Source: an uncultured bacterium (lineage in GTDB: Bacteria; Oederibacteriota; PGYV01; CAWJRG01). From it: a stretch of 64,000 nucleotides of DNA. The notes beneath the pieces are model-generated. The model was not told where the DNA came from and ran no database searches. It worked only from the letters and a program-made list of their open reading frames with translations. The stretch is taken from NCBI GenBank assembly GCA_963845185.1, contig CAWJRG010000005.1, positions 256,001 to 320,000 of the forward strand. Reading direction: 5' to 3'. This document shows positions 27,324-36,923 of this stretch, piece by piece (positions within the stretch are counted from its first letter, which is position 1; each line of letters opens with the position of its first letter). A program made the position numbers and the translations under genes.

Positions 27324-29783
27324 TTACTTCATTACTGCTATTTTTCCATTCGCTTTCGCCTTGTTGCCGCCTGCCACTGCTTCCATCAAGTATATGTATA
27401 TTCCGCTCGAGACATCATTGTTATACTGGTTTTTTAAATTCCAGAATAATGTCTTATTATTGCCCGGAGGCGTATTTTGCTGTTCCACTTCGCCGATATA
27501 TTCCCCGCTGATTGTGTAAAATTTGGCAGTAACATCAGCGGTGCATCCGAGGTTGTAAACAATATAAACTCCTGTTGTGGACGGGTTTGGATATTCTGTT
27601 ATTTTATGGAAAGAAAAAGGCGGCTGTGTCGGCGTATACGTCGGAGTGATTGTGTAAGTCGGAGTGATTGTCATGGTCAAGGTAACTGTCAATGTCGATG
27701 TGAGTGTCAATGTCACAGTAGTCGTAGGTGATATATACGGCGTAAGCGTAGGCGTAATTGTTGGCGTCCCGCACGGTATGTCGAATTCCACCGGTGGATT
27801 TGAAAACATAGGTATTGGGTTGCTGCACCACGCCACTCCGCCGAGCCCTGCCGTATTGATAAATGTCCCGCAACTTGACGCAGTCGCCCACCACGTGTAC
27901 GAATCGCTGATATTCGATATTGCCCCCAGGCTCCAGGTCACCATCTGCGGCGTTCCTCCGGTTCCTCCTGCGACTGTCCCTGCTGATCCTACATAAGTCA
28001 GCCCTGCCGGTATAGTATCGTATAATACCGCGTCTGCTATTTCCCTTGCTGCTAATGCCTCAAAATTATTATACGAGTCCTGCGTGCTTCCGTCCTGATC
28101 ATTTCCCTGCTCTCCTATTCCCGGTCTCCAGTCAGAATAAGTGCCGTCGCACGACCAGTTTGGGTCCGTTTGTGCCCCGGAAATGTCGGTCCATGTTAAG
28201 GTATATGTTGCTGGCTCTGCTGAACCAAGAGGCCAAACTTTTGCATTGAATGTAAATCCATTATTACTTACAATTATTTTCACCCTGTACCATGTGCTGC
28301 CCTGTATTGTAATCGCATTGCTAAAAGTAGGCCAGGAAGCATTTCCACCCTGTACTTTTTGTATAGCAACATACCCGCCTGCCGGATTTTGGTCTATTGA
28401 CAAAAGCAGGGAATATGCGTACTGGTTACCGCCTGTCTGGCCGTTGCAGCGTATTACCACAAGCCCGTCTGCCCCGGGGTATGATCCCGGGTTAATATAA
28501 ACATCTGATTCAATTATGCCGTCGCAAAACTGTACATTATCCGTATTTCCATTAGGGTCGTCCAGCAGCAAAGAAGGATAATCCGATACTCCCGGTACGC
28601 TTCCTGTTATTATGTAGTCGCCTGTATTATTCAGATTGTTTACGGTCCACACCCCGTTTGTTCCGTTTTCCGGCATGAATTTCCATCCTGGCGGAGGCGA
28701 GCTGTTGTAGACCGTGCCTGAAGTTAAATCGTCAAACGTCCTAATTGCCTTCAGCGCATAGTCGCCTTCATTTACCGAGTAATTTAATGTATATGTTACT
28801 GTCATCCCCGGACCCATTGTTTGGGTACCATTTACGCTTGCTGTTTTATTAAGCGACATTGACACGCTTTCAACCGTTGCGGAAGCTGTGGATGTACTGG
28901 TGTTTGGCCCGCTTGCGCCCGTGGCTGAATTTATCACTTGAGTACCGGCCGTTATTGGGCTGACCATCTGCAACAGCATCCATACAGTGCCTGTTGTAGT
29001 GTATGTTAATATCGGAAATGTCCATGTAACTGTGCCTGACGTGTCGCCTGCCGCAGGCGTTGATACGCTGCCGCCCGTGGGGTTTGGACCTGCTGAAACA
29101 AATGCAAGGCCTCCTGCAGGAATATTATCGGTTATTGTAAACGGCGTTGTATTGTTACCGTATGAATAATCTATAGAATAAAGTATAAGGTCTCCCGGCA
29201 GCGCCAAAGTGCCGTCAACCCTCTTGTTTATGCCTACAGAGTCTGCCGGCGGCGGCGGAACATATACAGTGAACGGCACACAAGCCTGGTTGTCTATTGC
29301 AAGGCCTGGATTTGCATATATGTTGCAGTCCCTCACTGCTACTATGGCGTAGTATGTGCCTGTTGTCCAGTTTGCTGGCACAGTCATGTATATATTGGAG
29401 TCCAGGTCCGTAGATTGATGCCATGTGCCATCCCCGTTTGGCCCGTTCTGTCTGCCGCCGTTTACCTGCGCGTTGCAGCAGGCAACATCTATTCCGCTTT
29501 CATTTACAAGTATTGCCTGACCTGATGTGCCGGCTTTTTGCAATGCGCACTGGTTTGATAAAGCCGCGAAATAAGCAGTTTTACATCCTGTATTCGTGCC
29601 CATAAATTGAAATGTTATTGTTACTTGTTGTCCGGGCGATACATTGGTATTTGGTAAAACTGCCAGGTTCTGGATGGATGAAGTGGCAAAAATCGATGTG
29701 CTGAACATCAAACATAATGCTGTTATAAAAATCCGGAAATTTAAATATCTAAAAATAGAATTATTTTTTTTGTTCTTATTCAT
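27324..29783 (-). CDS. Secreted surface protein, short paralog (tip, DUF11-like, lectin-like insert, short Thr linker, CTD)
   Basis: Signal peptide; shared block DGIIESDVYINPGSYPGADG...YSLLLSID...SDWRPGIGEQ; C-terminus YPNP...YTISGE...WNLKN...SSGIYIY...KIAVMK. Confidence 0.85.
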   Translation of the reverse strand: MNKNKKNNSIFRYLNFRIFITALCLMFSTSIFATSSIQNLAVLPNTNVSPGQQVTITFQFMGTNTGCKTAYFAALSNQCALQKAGTSGQAILVNESGIDVACCNAQVNGGRQNGPNGDGTWHQSTDLDSNIYMTVPANWTTGTYYAIVAVRDCNIYANPGLAIDNQACVPFTVYVPPPPADSVGINKRVDGTLALPGDLILYSIDYSYGNNTTPFTITDNIPAGGLAFVSAGPNPTGGSVSTPAAGDTSGTVTWTFPILTYTTTGTVWMLLQMVSPITAGTQVINSATGASGPNTSTSTASATVESVSMSLNKTASVNGTQTMGPGMTVTYTLNYSVNEGDYALKAIRTFDDLTSGTVYNSSPPPGWKFMPENGTNGVWTVNNLNNTGDYIITGSVPGVSDYPSLLLDDPNGNTDNVQFCDGIIESDVYINPGSYPGADGLVVIRCNGQTGGNQYAYSLLLSIDQNPAGGYVAIQKVQGGNASWPTFSNAITIQGSTWYRVKIIVSNNGFTFNAKVWPLGSAEPATYTLTWTDISGAQTDPNWSCDGTYSDWRPGIGEQGNDQDGSTQDSYNNFEALAAREIADAVLYDTIPAGLTYVGSAGTVAGGTGGTPQMVTWSLGAISNISDSYTWWATASSCGTFINTAGLGGVAWCSNPIPMFSNPPVEFDIPCGTPTITPTLTPYISPTTTVTLTLTSTLTVTLTMTITPTYTITPTYTPTQPPFSFHKITEYPNPSTTGVYIVYNLGCTADVTAKFYTISGEYIGEVEQQNTPPGNNKTLFWNLKNQYNNDVSSGIYIYLMEAVAGGNKAKANGKIAVMK

Positions 29784-29874
29784 TTCCTTTTCTTACCTCC
29801 AAAAAATTTATTCTTTCGAAACCGCAAAAATAACTCTAAAATAATTGCAAAAAAATCTTTATCAACTTAAACGA

Positions 29875-29903
29875 ATTATACACCAGAAAATTGACTTTGT
29901 CAT
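29875..29903 (-). promoter_or_regulatory. Putative sigma70 promoter ATGACA-N17-TATAAT
   Basis: Minus strand, about 90 nt upstream of ATG 29783. Confidence 0.55.
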
Positions 29904-30017
29904 TATTTTTTTAATATCTTTTTTTCGCCATGCGGCACAAATGCAATTGTTTTAATTTGACTTTCATATTATAATATAATAATATGAAATCAAAATTCTA
30001 AACAGGTCGTGTAAAGA

Positions 30018-30950
30018 ATGGTAAAAATTGAAGACATAATGGTCAGAGATGTGCTCACAGGCAAGAAAGACGACGGCATTATTTCCCTTGTCGAAAAAAT
30101 GCAAAAACACCACATCGGCGACGTGGTCATAGTCGACATTGATAATGTCCCCATAGGCATTATCACCGAAAGGGATATTATAAGAGGGCTGTTTAATTTC
30201 AAGGAAGAACTTCTGCATAAAACCGCGCAGGACTTAATGAGCGCGCCTGTGGCTTCCCTGGAACCCCAGGAAGATATTGAGACAGCCGTTATTTTTATGT
30301 CGTTAAACAGGATAAAAAGGGTCCCTGTCACCCATGACAACAAACTGGTCGGTATCATAAGCTACATGGACATAACCCAGGCCTTAAGGAAAGGCTATTA
30401 CCTTCTCGAGGAAAAGGCTGAAATCCTGGAAGACAGGGTAAACAAGGATTCGCTCACAGGCCTTTATAACAAGGGCTACATGATAAAGGCGCTGAGAAAG
30501 CACATAAAGCTCGCCAAAAGGAACAATACCATGCTCGCGATAATGATGATAGACCTGGATTTTTTTAAGAAGGTAAACGACACTTACGGTCATTTGTGCG
30601 GCGACGAGGTGTTAAAAACCCTGTCAAACCTTTTGCGCGAAAAGTCGCGCGCCGTGAACATCATCTGCAGGTACGGCGGCGACGAATTCATAATCATCGC
30701 GCCCATGGCAAACTTCAAATCCGCGAATTATTTCGCGGAAAGGCTGAGGGCCGCTGCTGAAAATTACGAGTTTTCCTGTGCTGAAAACAAGATCCGCCTT
30801 ACCCTGAGCATAGGGATTGCCCTGTGGAACCCGAAAATCAAAAACGGTCGCGAACTCGTGAAACAAGCCGACCAGGCGCTTTATGCGGCAAAAAGGAACG
30901 GCAGGAACCAGGTCCAGACCGCAGGCCTGGAAGTAAAATACGTGGAATAA
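30018..30950 (+). CDS. CBS-pair plus GGDEF diguanylate cyclase
   Basis: Two CBS motifs (GIITERDI, GIISYMDI), DSLTGLYN, DLDFFKKVNDTYGH, RYGGDEF, ADQALYAAK. Confidence 0.95.
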   Translation: MVKIEDIMVRDVLTGKKDDGIISLVEKMQKHHIGDVVIVDIDNVPIGIITERDIIRGLFNFKEELLHKTAQDLMSAPVASLEPQEDIETAVIFMSLNRIKRVPVTHDNKLVGIISYMDITQALRKGYYLLEEKAEILEDRVNKDSLTGLYNKGYMIKALRKHIKLAKRNNTMLAIMMIDLDFFKKVNDTYGHLCGDEVLKTLSNLLREKSRAVNIICRYGGDEFIIIAPMANFKSANYFAERLRAAAENYEFSCAENKIRLTLSIGIALWNPKIKNGRELVKQADQALYAAKRNGRNQVQTAGLEVKYVE

Positions 30951-31054
30951 ATTTCAGCAGGTTGCTGGCAAAAAATAAAAAAAATTTGCGTAATTTTATG
31001 TATTTTTTTTATCCCAAAAACCTTTCCCCTAACATCAATCAAATATAACGGTCT

Positions 31055-34000
31055 TTATTGCATATTTTTAATCAATGCCGATAATTTAACTATCTTCCTC
31101 GTTTTGTTGCCTGTGGTATCCGCGCCTTCAACCACGCATATATATGTCCCGCTTGATACTGTCTGCCCGCCTACGCTTTTTAAATCCCAGTTTATGCTGG
31201 CAGCGCCCAGGTCTCCTACAAGCGTCCTGACAAGCTCCCCTGCTATGTTATATATCTTTATCTTTATCACGCCGTTTGCGCTTGGCTGCCATGTGAATAC
31301 CAATGGTGTTGACGTATCGCCTGTGTACGGGTTCGGCAGCGTTTTAACTGTGCCGAGAACATCTGAGCTCCCTTCGTCCAGTATAGTAATTGACTTGCTC
31401 GCAACCACGCTGAAACCCGATTTTGTCTTTAACACAAGTTGTACCTCATATACACCGCTCTGTAGATAATCTCCCTGGGAGTTCTTGCCGTCCCATGTTA
31501 AAGGCGGATTTGACGAAGTGTAACCGATTGTTATCAGCGGCGAGCCCTTGCCAACCGGCAATACATAATTGCTGATGCCATTGGTATTGCTTATGCTCAG
31601 CGAAACCTGGTCGCTGCCGTTATATGGAGTTATTATTGTCTGCACAAGCTCTCCTGCGCTGTTGAATATATTTACCTGCACGTACTGGCTTTCGTTAATC
31701 ACTGATACCGGCTTCGTTATTATGTCCGTATGCCCGTACGGGTCTGTTGTCGTTTCCTTTATGTAATACTCGCCGTTTGCCACATTCTGGCCCGCGCTGT
31801 TTGTCCCGTCCCATGTAAAGCTCGCGTACCCGTTTTTCTGCTGGTCAGGCGTCTCCAGGCCCGGCACCTTTATTGTCAGCGCTGTACCCGAGCCGGGCGC
31901 CACCACTGCTGTCTGGCTGCCGTTTATCAGCAGCTGCACCTGCTGCGCTTCCTGCGATGTCGTAGTGCTTGCTATTGTTTTTACCAGCTCTCCTGCCTCG
32001 TTATACACGCTTATGTTCATCACATACGGGAACGGTATCGGCGTTATCGTTATTGTAACTGTCTGCGTGTTTGTATCCGTATATGTTATTGTCGCGCTCA
32101 GCGTATTTGTCGCCGTATTTGTCGCAGTCATCGTTCTTGTATCTGTGTATGTTACTGTTAATGTTATTGTGTCCGTATATGTATATGTCTGCGTAAGTGT
32201 GCTTGTATATGTGGACGTCGACGTTGACGTGTATGTAGGCGTATCTACAGGCGTATCTGTGCATGTTGATGTCAGCGTCACGGTGCTGGTTGAAGTCGCG
32301 CTCACCGTGGACGTAAAAGTCGGAGTATCAGTAGTCGTATCAGTATATGTCGGTGTATCTGTAGTCGTGCTGCTTGGCGTCGGGCTTACAGTAGGCGTGT
32401 ACGTAGGCGTATCCACAGGCGAATCTGTATATGTCGGCGTTGCCGTATCTGTCGGCGTGTCTGTATATGTGAATGTCGGCGTGTCTGTATCCGTATACGT
32501 CGGCGTGTTTTGCACTGTATCTGTAAATGTCGGCGTCGCTGTGCTTGTGTATGTATCTGTCTGCGTGTATGTCAGGGTTATTGTTTTTGTCGCTGTGTAT
32601 GTCGGCGTGAATGTTGCGGACAGTATCACAACCGTGAATGTCATTGTTATCGTATATGTAGGCGTCACCGTGTTTGTATATGTCGCAGTATTCGTGCTTG
32701 TGTATGTCACTGTCATCGTGTACGTGGATGTCGGCGACAGCGTATTTGTATATGTCGGTGTCGACGTAGGTGTGTCCGACTGTGTATCTGTCACTGTTAT
32801 TGTCCTCGTTGCCGTGTATGTCGGCGTGAATGTCGCGGACAGTATCACAACAGTAAATGTCATTGTTATTGTATATGTCGGCGACACCGTATCCGTATAT
32901 GTTGCCGTATTTGTGCTTGTGTACGTCACTGTCCGTGTATACGTGGGCGTGGGTGACATCGTATCTGTGAATGTCGGCGTTGCTGTCGTCGTCACTGTCT
33001 GCGTATCTGTCAGCGTTATTGTATCTGTAGGCGTATTTGTCCTGGTTATTGTGTATGTCGGCGTATATGTCGCGGACAGTATTACAACCGTAAATGTCAT
33101 TGTTATTGTATATGTCGGCGTAACCGTATTTGTCACTGTTGGCGTCACTGTCATCGTGTCAGTGTATGTGTATGTATATGTCACTGTACGTGTGTATGTC
33201 GGCGTCGGCGACATCGTATCTGTGTATGTCGGCGTTGCCGTCGCCGTTACTGTCTGCGTGTCCGTCAGCGTTATTGTATCTGTCGGCGTATTTGTTTTGG
33301 TTATGGTGTATGTCGGCGTGATTGTCGCGGACACTATCACAACCGTGAATGTCATTGTTATTGTGTATGTCGGCGTTATCGTGGATGTGTCAGTCATTGT
33401 CACTGTGGTGGTATCTGTAAATGTATATGTATATGTTACCGTGCGGGTATATGTAGGTGTCGGTGACTGAGTATTTGTGAATGTAGGCGTCGGCGTAGGC
33501 GTGTCAGACTGCGTGAACGTAGGCGTAAATGTCCTGGTATCTGTCACTGATACTGTAATAGTCACGGTTGAAGTAAAAGTCGGCGTATCGGTCACTGTAA
33601 CAGTATTTGTGTATGTGTATGTTACTGTCTGCGTGTATGTAAAAGTATACGTCCTGGTAAATGTAACTGACACTGTGTTTGTCACGGTTAAAGTATCAGT
33701 AGGCGTAGGAGTCACTGTAATAGTATTTGTGTACGTATATGTCACTGTGCGCGTGTATGTCGGCGTCGGCGACATGGTATTTGTGAATGTCGGCGTCGGA
33801 GTCGGCGTGTCAGACTGCGTGTATGTAGGCGTATATGTCCTGGTATCTGTCACCGACACTGTATTTGTTACCGTGTAAGTAACGGTCGGTGAAGGCGTAA
33901 CTGTAATAGTATCTGTGTACGTATATGTCACTGTGCGCGTGTATGTCGGCGTCGGCGATGCGGTGTCTGTGAATGTCGGCGTCGGAGTCGGCGTCATCGT

Positions 34001-36715
34001 CTGAGTATAAGTCGGCGTATATGTCCTCGTGAATGTCACTGACACTGTATTTGTATTTGTCGGCGTAAACGTAATTGTATCTGTCACTGTATTAGTCCGT
34101 GTGTATGTGTATGTCACTGTCTGGGTGTATGTGGGCGTCCGCGTATAAGTAAATGTCGGGCTCGGGTTCGGCGTATTTGTGCGTGTAGGCGTGTCTGTAT
34201 ATGTCGGCGACGCGCATGTGTCATGCATAACAACCGTGGACACAGCCGAAGCAGACATACCGGGGTATGAAAGCGAGGCATTATTGTTCCAGTTGCATGT
34301 CTGCAAATGCTGGTTGTTTGTCAGCCACATCTGCCATGTATAGCATCCCGTGAATCCGCCGGGTGTCGGAACAATAGACACCGTGCTTACACCGTTATTT
34401 GTATTGACGTTTATTGTTGATATTCCTCCGGCATTTACGTTTGAATTGTTGCTCCAGTTAAACTGCCAGCCGTCCGCGTTATCGCTTGACCAGTCGTCAA
34501 TAATGGTAAAATTCTGCGTCGCCCCGCCGCTGGTGTTGCAGAACACGAGGTTGAATGTAACATTATCATTGGTAGTTGTTATTGTCGTTTTGCTGGCTGA
34601 TTTTGTCAGGGTAAATAACGGCGTGGGTGTTGGCGTGATTGTGGGTGTCGGCGATACGCATAGGACATTAAATACAACAGGGTTTGAGAATTCCGGTACC
34701 AAGCTTGTAGCTCCTATACCTCCGACATTTGTAAAGCTCTGGGCGCAGGCCGATGTGGATGCCCACCACGTGTACGAACCGCTCTGGTCGCTTATGTTGC
34801 CAAGGTTCCAGCTTACCGGGCTTGTTCCGCTTGCGCCCGGGCTTGACCCCTGATATGCCAGCCCTGAAGGTACCGTGTCATACAGCACGGCGTTTGCCGC
34901 CACCCTTGGCACTAACACCGTAAAATTATTATATTCGTCCTGTACAGTGCCGTTGCCGTCACCTGACTGGTTCCCGACTCCCGGCCTCCAGTCTGTATAT
35001 GTGGCTCCTGCAGCGCAGCTGTAAGGGCTGCTAGTAGCTGCTGCTCCTGCGTCTGTCCATGACACCTGGTAACCAGTTGGTTCAGGCTGGCCAATTGCCC
35101 ATATTTTTGAGTTAAATATATAGTCTGTACCGTTTGTCGTCATATATGTCTTGGTCCTGTACCATGTGTTCCCTGTTATAACAATCGCGCTTGAAGCGCC
35201 GCCATACGTGCATGCTGTCCCGCCCCCGCATCTTTGTATTGCCATATACCCGTTTGCAGGCGCAGTGTCTATTGATAAAAGCAATGAATATCCGTAGTTT
35301 GCGGTCCCTGAAAGGCCGTTATTCCTTAAAATCACCAGGCCGTCTGCACCCGGATATGTGCCCGGGTTTATAAAAACATCTGCTTCAATTACTCCGGTGC
35401 ATACCTGCACATTGGAAGGTGTCGGGTCGTCAAGTAAAAGCGCAGGATATGATGATGACTGGCCTGCTCCTGTTAAAATCCTGTCCCCTGTATTGCACGG
35501 GTCTGAAATTGTCCACGTGCCGTTGTCGGTATTATAAGGCTGGAATTTCCATCCTGCCGGCGGCGTGGTTTCAGAAGAGCCTGTGTTTGTGTCGTCAAAA
35601 GCCCTTAGTGCCTTTAGCTGGTCGCCGTTTACCTGGTAATTTAGGTAATATGTTATGGTTACCGAAGCGCTGGGCAGTTTCATGAATGTGTCCACGCTTT
35701 CAAGCTTCTGCACTGATATTGCAGCCTGCCCGACTATCAGAGTCGCTGACGCGCTGGCATTGCTGCCCCCGCTTGTTGCGTTTGCCGTATTCGGCACTGA
35801 TGTGCCTGACGCCATTGCTGTTGTCATCCTCATCAATATCCATACAGTGCCTGATTTCGTGTATGTGGAGGTCGGGAATGTCCATGTTACTGTGCCTGAC
35901 GTTGCTCCAGCACCAGGTGAACTCACGCTTCCGCTATTTATCGAGCTTGGGCCGACAGACACCAAAGCAAGACTTCCTCCGCCCGGCAGGCTGTCTGTTA
36001 TTGTGAGCGGCCCGTTGCCGTATGTATAATCCATGGAAAATAATACAAGGTCCCCTACTGACTGCAATACACCCTCTACTCTCTTATCCAAAGTTATTGA
36101 ATTCGCCGGCGGTGTAGGCAGCGGCCAGCTGAAAATCTTTGTATCCCCGTTATTTGCGCAGGCGTTTGACTGGAAACCAGCCCAGTCGCTTGAAGCCAAA
36201 TTCGCGCTTTTCATTGCCGCCATCAGGTATAAAGTCGTTGCCCCGCACGAAGTGCCCATGTCAGCTGCCTGCGGCATGGTCAGGTTAAACTGCAGGCTTT
36301 GATTGTAACCGTCAAAAGAGCCGCTATTTGCGCATGTGTCGCAGGTTAGCGGTGTCGCAGCAGGAACCGGCAACTGATAGCCCATGTTGTTGCCTGTAGT
36401 TTGCGCGTTATTCGGATTTGGGGTATGCACATCAACTCCGTTAAAGCTTACTAAAAACATTTGTCCGCCTGTATTTGCAGGCGACCAGGTCCCGCTTGTG
36501 CTTACGGCTATATCAAGTTCGTTCTGGTTGTAAGCGTCGTGGCATACATTCATGGTTACGACAAATTGCTGCCCCCAGCCCGGGTTGGCAGGATTCATCG
36601 TCATTGATAGTATTGCAGGAATGCCAGCAAAGATATAATTGCCGGATAATAAAAATATTAGTATTATTATTCCTTTTAAAATATTTACCTTTTTAAACTT
36701 TTTCAGTATTTTCAT
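31055..36715 (-). CDS. Giant secreted Thr-x-Thr repeat surface protein, subtype A (1886 aa), three FlgD/CTD-like C-terminal domains
   Basis: Signal peptide, family N-terminal domains, several hundred residues of alternating Thr, YNEAGELV / FNSAGELV / YNIAGELV domains, LPNPY. Confidence 0.9.
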   Translation of the reverse strand: MKILKKFKKVNILKGIIILIFLLSGNYIFAGIPAILSMTMNPANPGWGQQFVVTMNVCHDAYNQNELDIAVSTSGTWSPANTGGQMFLVSFNGVDVHTPNPNNAQTTGNNMGYQLPVPAATPLTCDTCANSGSFDGYNQSLQFNLTMPQAADMGTSCGATTLYLMAAMKSANLASSDWAGFQSNACANNGDTKIFSWPLPTPPANSITLDKRVEGVLQSVGDLVLFSMDYTYGNGPLTITDSLPGGGSLALVSVGPSSINSGSVSSPGAGATSGTVTWTFPTSTYTKSGTVWILMRMTTAMASGTSVPNTANATSGGSNASASATLIVGQAAISVQKLESVDTFMKLPSASVTITYYLNYQVNGDQLKALRAFDDTNTGSSETTPPAGWKFQPYNTDNGTWTISDPCNTGDRILTGAGQSSSYPALLLDDPTPSNVQVCTGVIEADVFINPGTYPGADGLVILRNNGLSGTANYGYSLLLSIDTAPANGYMAIQRCGGGTACTYGGASSAIVITGNTWYRTKTYMTTNGTDYIFNSKIWAIGQPEPTGYQVSWTDAGAAATSSPYSCAAGATYTDWRPGVGNQSGDGNGTVQDEYNNFTVLVPRVAANAVLYDTVPSGLAYQGSSPGASGTSPVSWNLGNISDQSGSYTWWASTSACAQSFTNVGGIGATSLVPEFSNPVVFNVLCVSPTPTITPTPTPLFTLTKSASKTTITTTNDNVTFNLVFCNTSGGATQNFTIIDDWSSDNADGWQFNWSNNSNVNAGGISTINVNTNNGVSTVSIVPTPGGFTGCYTWQMWLTNNQHLQTCNWNNNASLSYPGMSASAVSTVVMHDTCASPTYTDTPTRTNTPNPSPTFTYTRTPTYTQTVTYTYTRTNTVTDTITFTPTNTNTVSVTFTRTYTPTYTQTMTPTPTPTFTDTASPTPTYTRTVTYTYTDTITVTPSPTVTYTVTNTVSVTDTRTYTPTYTQSDTPTPTPTFTNTMSPTPTYTRTVTYTYTNTITVTPTPTDTLTVTNTVSVTFTRTYTFTYTQTVTYTYTNTVTVTDTPTFTSTVTITVSVTDTRTFTPTFTQSDTPTPTPTFTNTQSPTPTYTRTVTYTYTFTDTTTVTMTDTSTITPTYTITMTFTVVIVSATITPTYTITKTNTPTDTITLTDTQTVTATATPTYTDTMSPTPTYTRTVTYTYTYTDTMTVTPTVTNTVTPTYTITMTFTVVILSATYTPTYTITRTNTPTDTITLTDTQTVTTTATPTFTDTMSPTPTYTRTVTYTSTNTATYTDTVSPTYTITMTFTVVILSATFTPTYTATRTITVTDTQSDTPTSTPTYTNTLSPTSTYTMTVTYTSTNTATYTNTVTPTYTITMTFTVVILSATFTPTYTATKTITLTYTQTDTYTSTATPTFTDTVQNTPTYTDTDTPTFTYTDTPTDTATPTYTDSPVDTPTYTPTVSPTPSSTTTDTPTYTDTTTDTPTFTSTVSATSTSTVTLTSTCTDTPVDTPTYTSTSTSTYTSTLTQTYTYTDTITLTVTYTDTRTMTATNTATNTLSATITYTDTNTQTVTITITPIPFPYVMNISVYNEAGELVKTIASTTTSQEAQQVQLLINGSQTAVVAPGSGTALTIKVPGLETPDQQKNGYASFTWDGTNSAGQNVANGEYYIKETTTDPYGHTDIITKPVSVINESQYVQVNIFNSAGELVQTIITPYNGSDQVSLSISNTNGISNYVLPVGKGSPLITIGYTSSNPPLTWDGKNSQGDYLQSGVYEVQLVLKTKSGFSVVASKSITILDEGSSDVLGTVKTLPNPYTGDTSTPLVFTWQPSANGVIKIKIYNIAGELVRTLVGDLGAASINWDLKSVGGQTVSSGTYICVVEGADTTGNKTRKIVKLSALIKNMQ

Positions 36716-36762
36716 GTAAATTTGACTTCCTTGTTTTTGTTTACACGTGCAAGTACTTTGTT

Positions 36763-36790
36763 TTAGACAACGAAATCCCGTTTAAGTTTC
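36763..36790 (-). promoter_or_regulatory. ECF sigma-type promoter GAAACTT-N14-TGTCTAA
   Basis: 48 nt upstream of ATG 36715; one of five identically spaced copies. Confidence 0.75.
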
Positions 36791-36923
36791 GGTCTTTTTT
36801 TGTAATTTTTACTAATATTTTATACAATAAATTAAAGGAAATATGCCGGTTTGGCAAAATAATATTGATATTTTATATCTTATCCCCTGTTTTTGTCAAT
36901 AATTAATTATGGTTTTATGGTAT

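Noticed and set aside
32030..34210. Homology to InaZ-type ice-nucleation proteins
   Set aside because: No AGYGSTxTA 16-residue periodicity and almost no Gly; only the TxT analogy is kept as a hypothesis.
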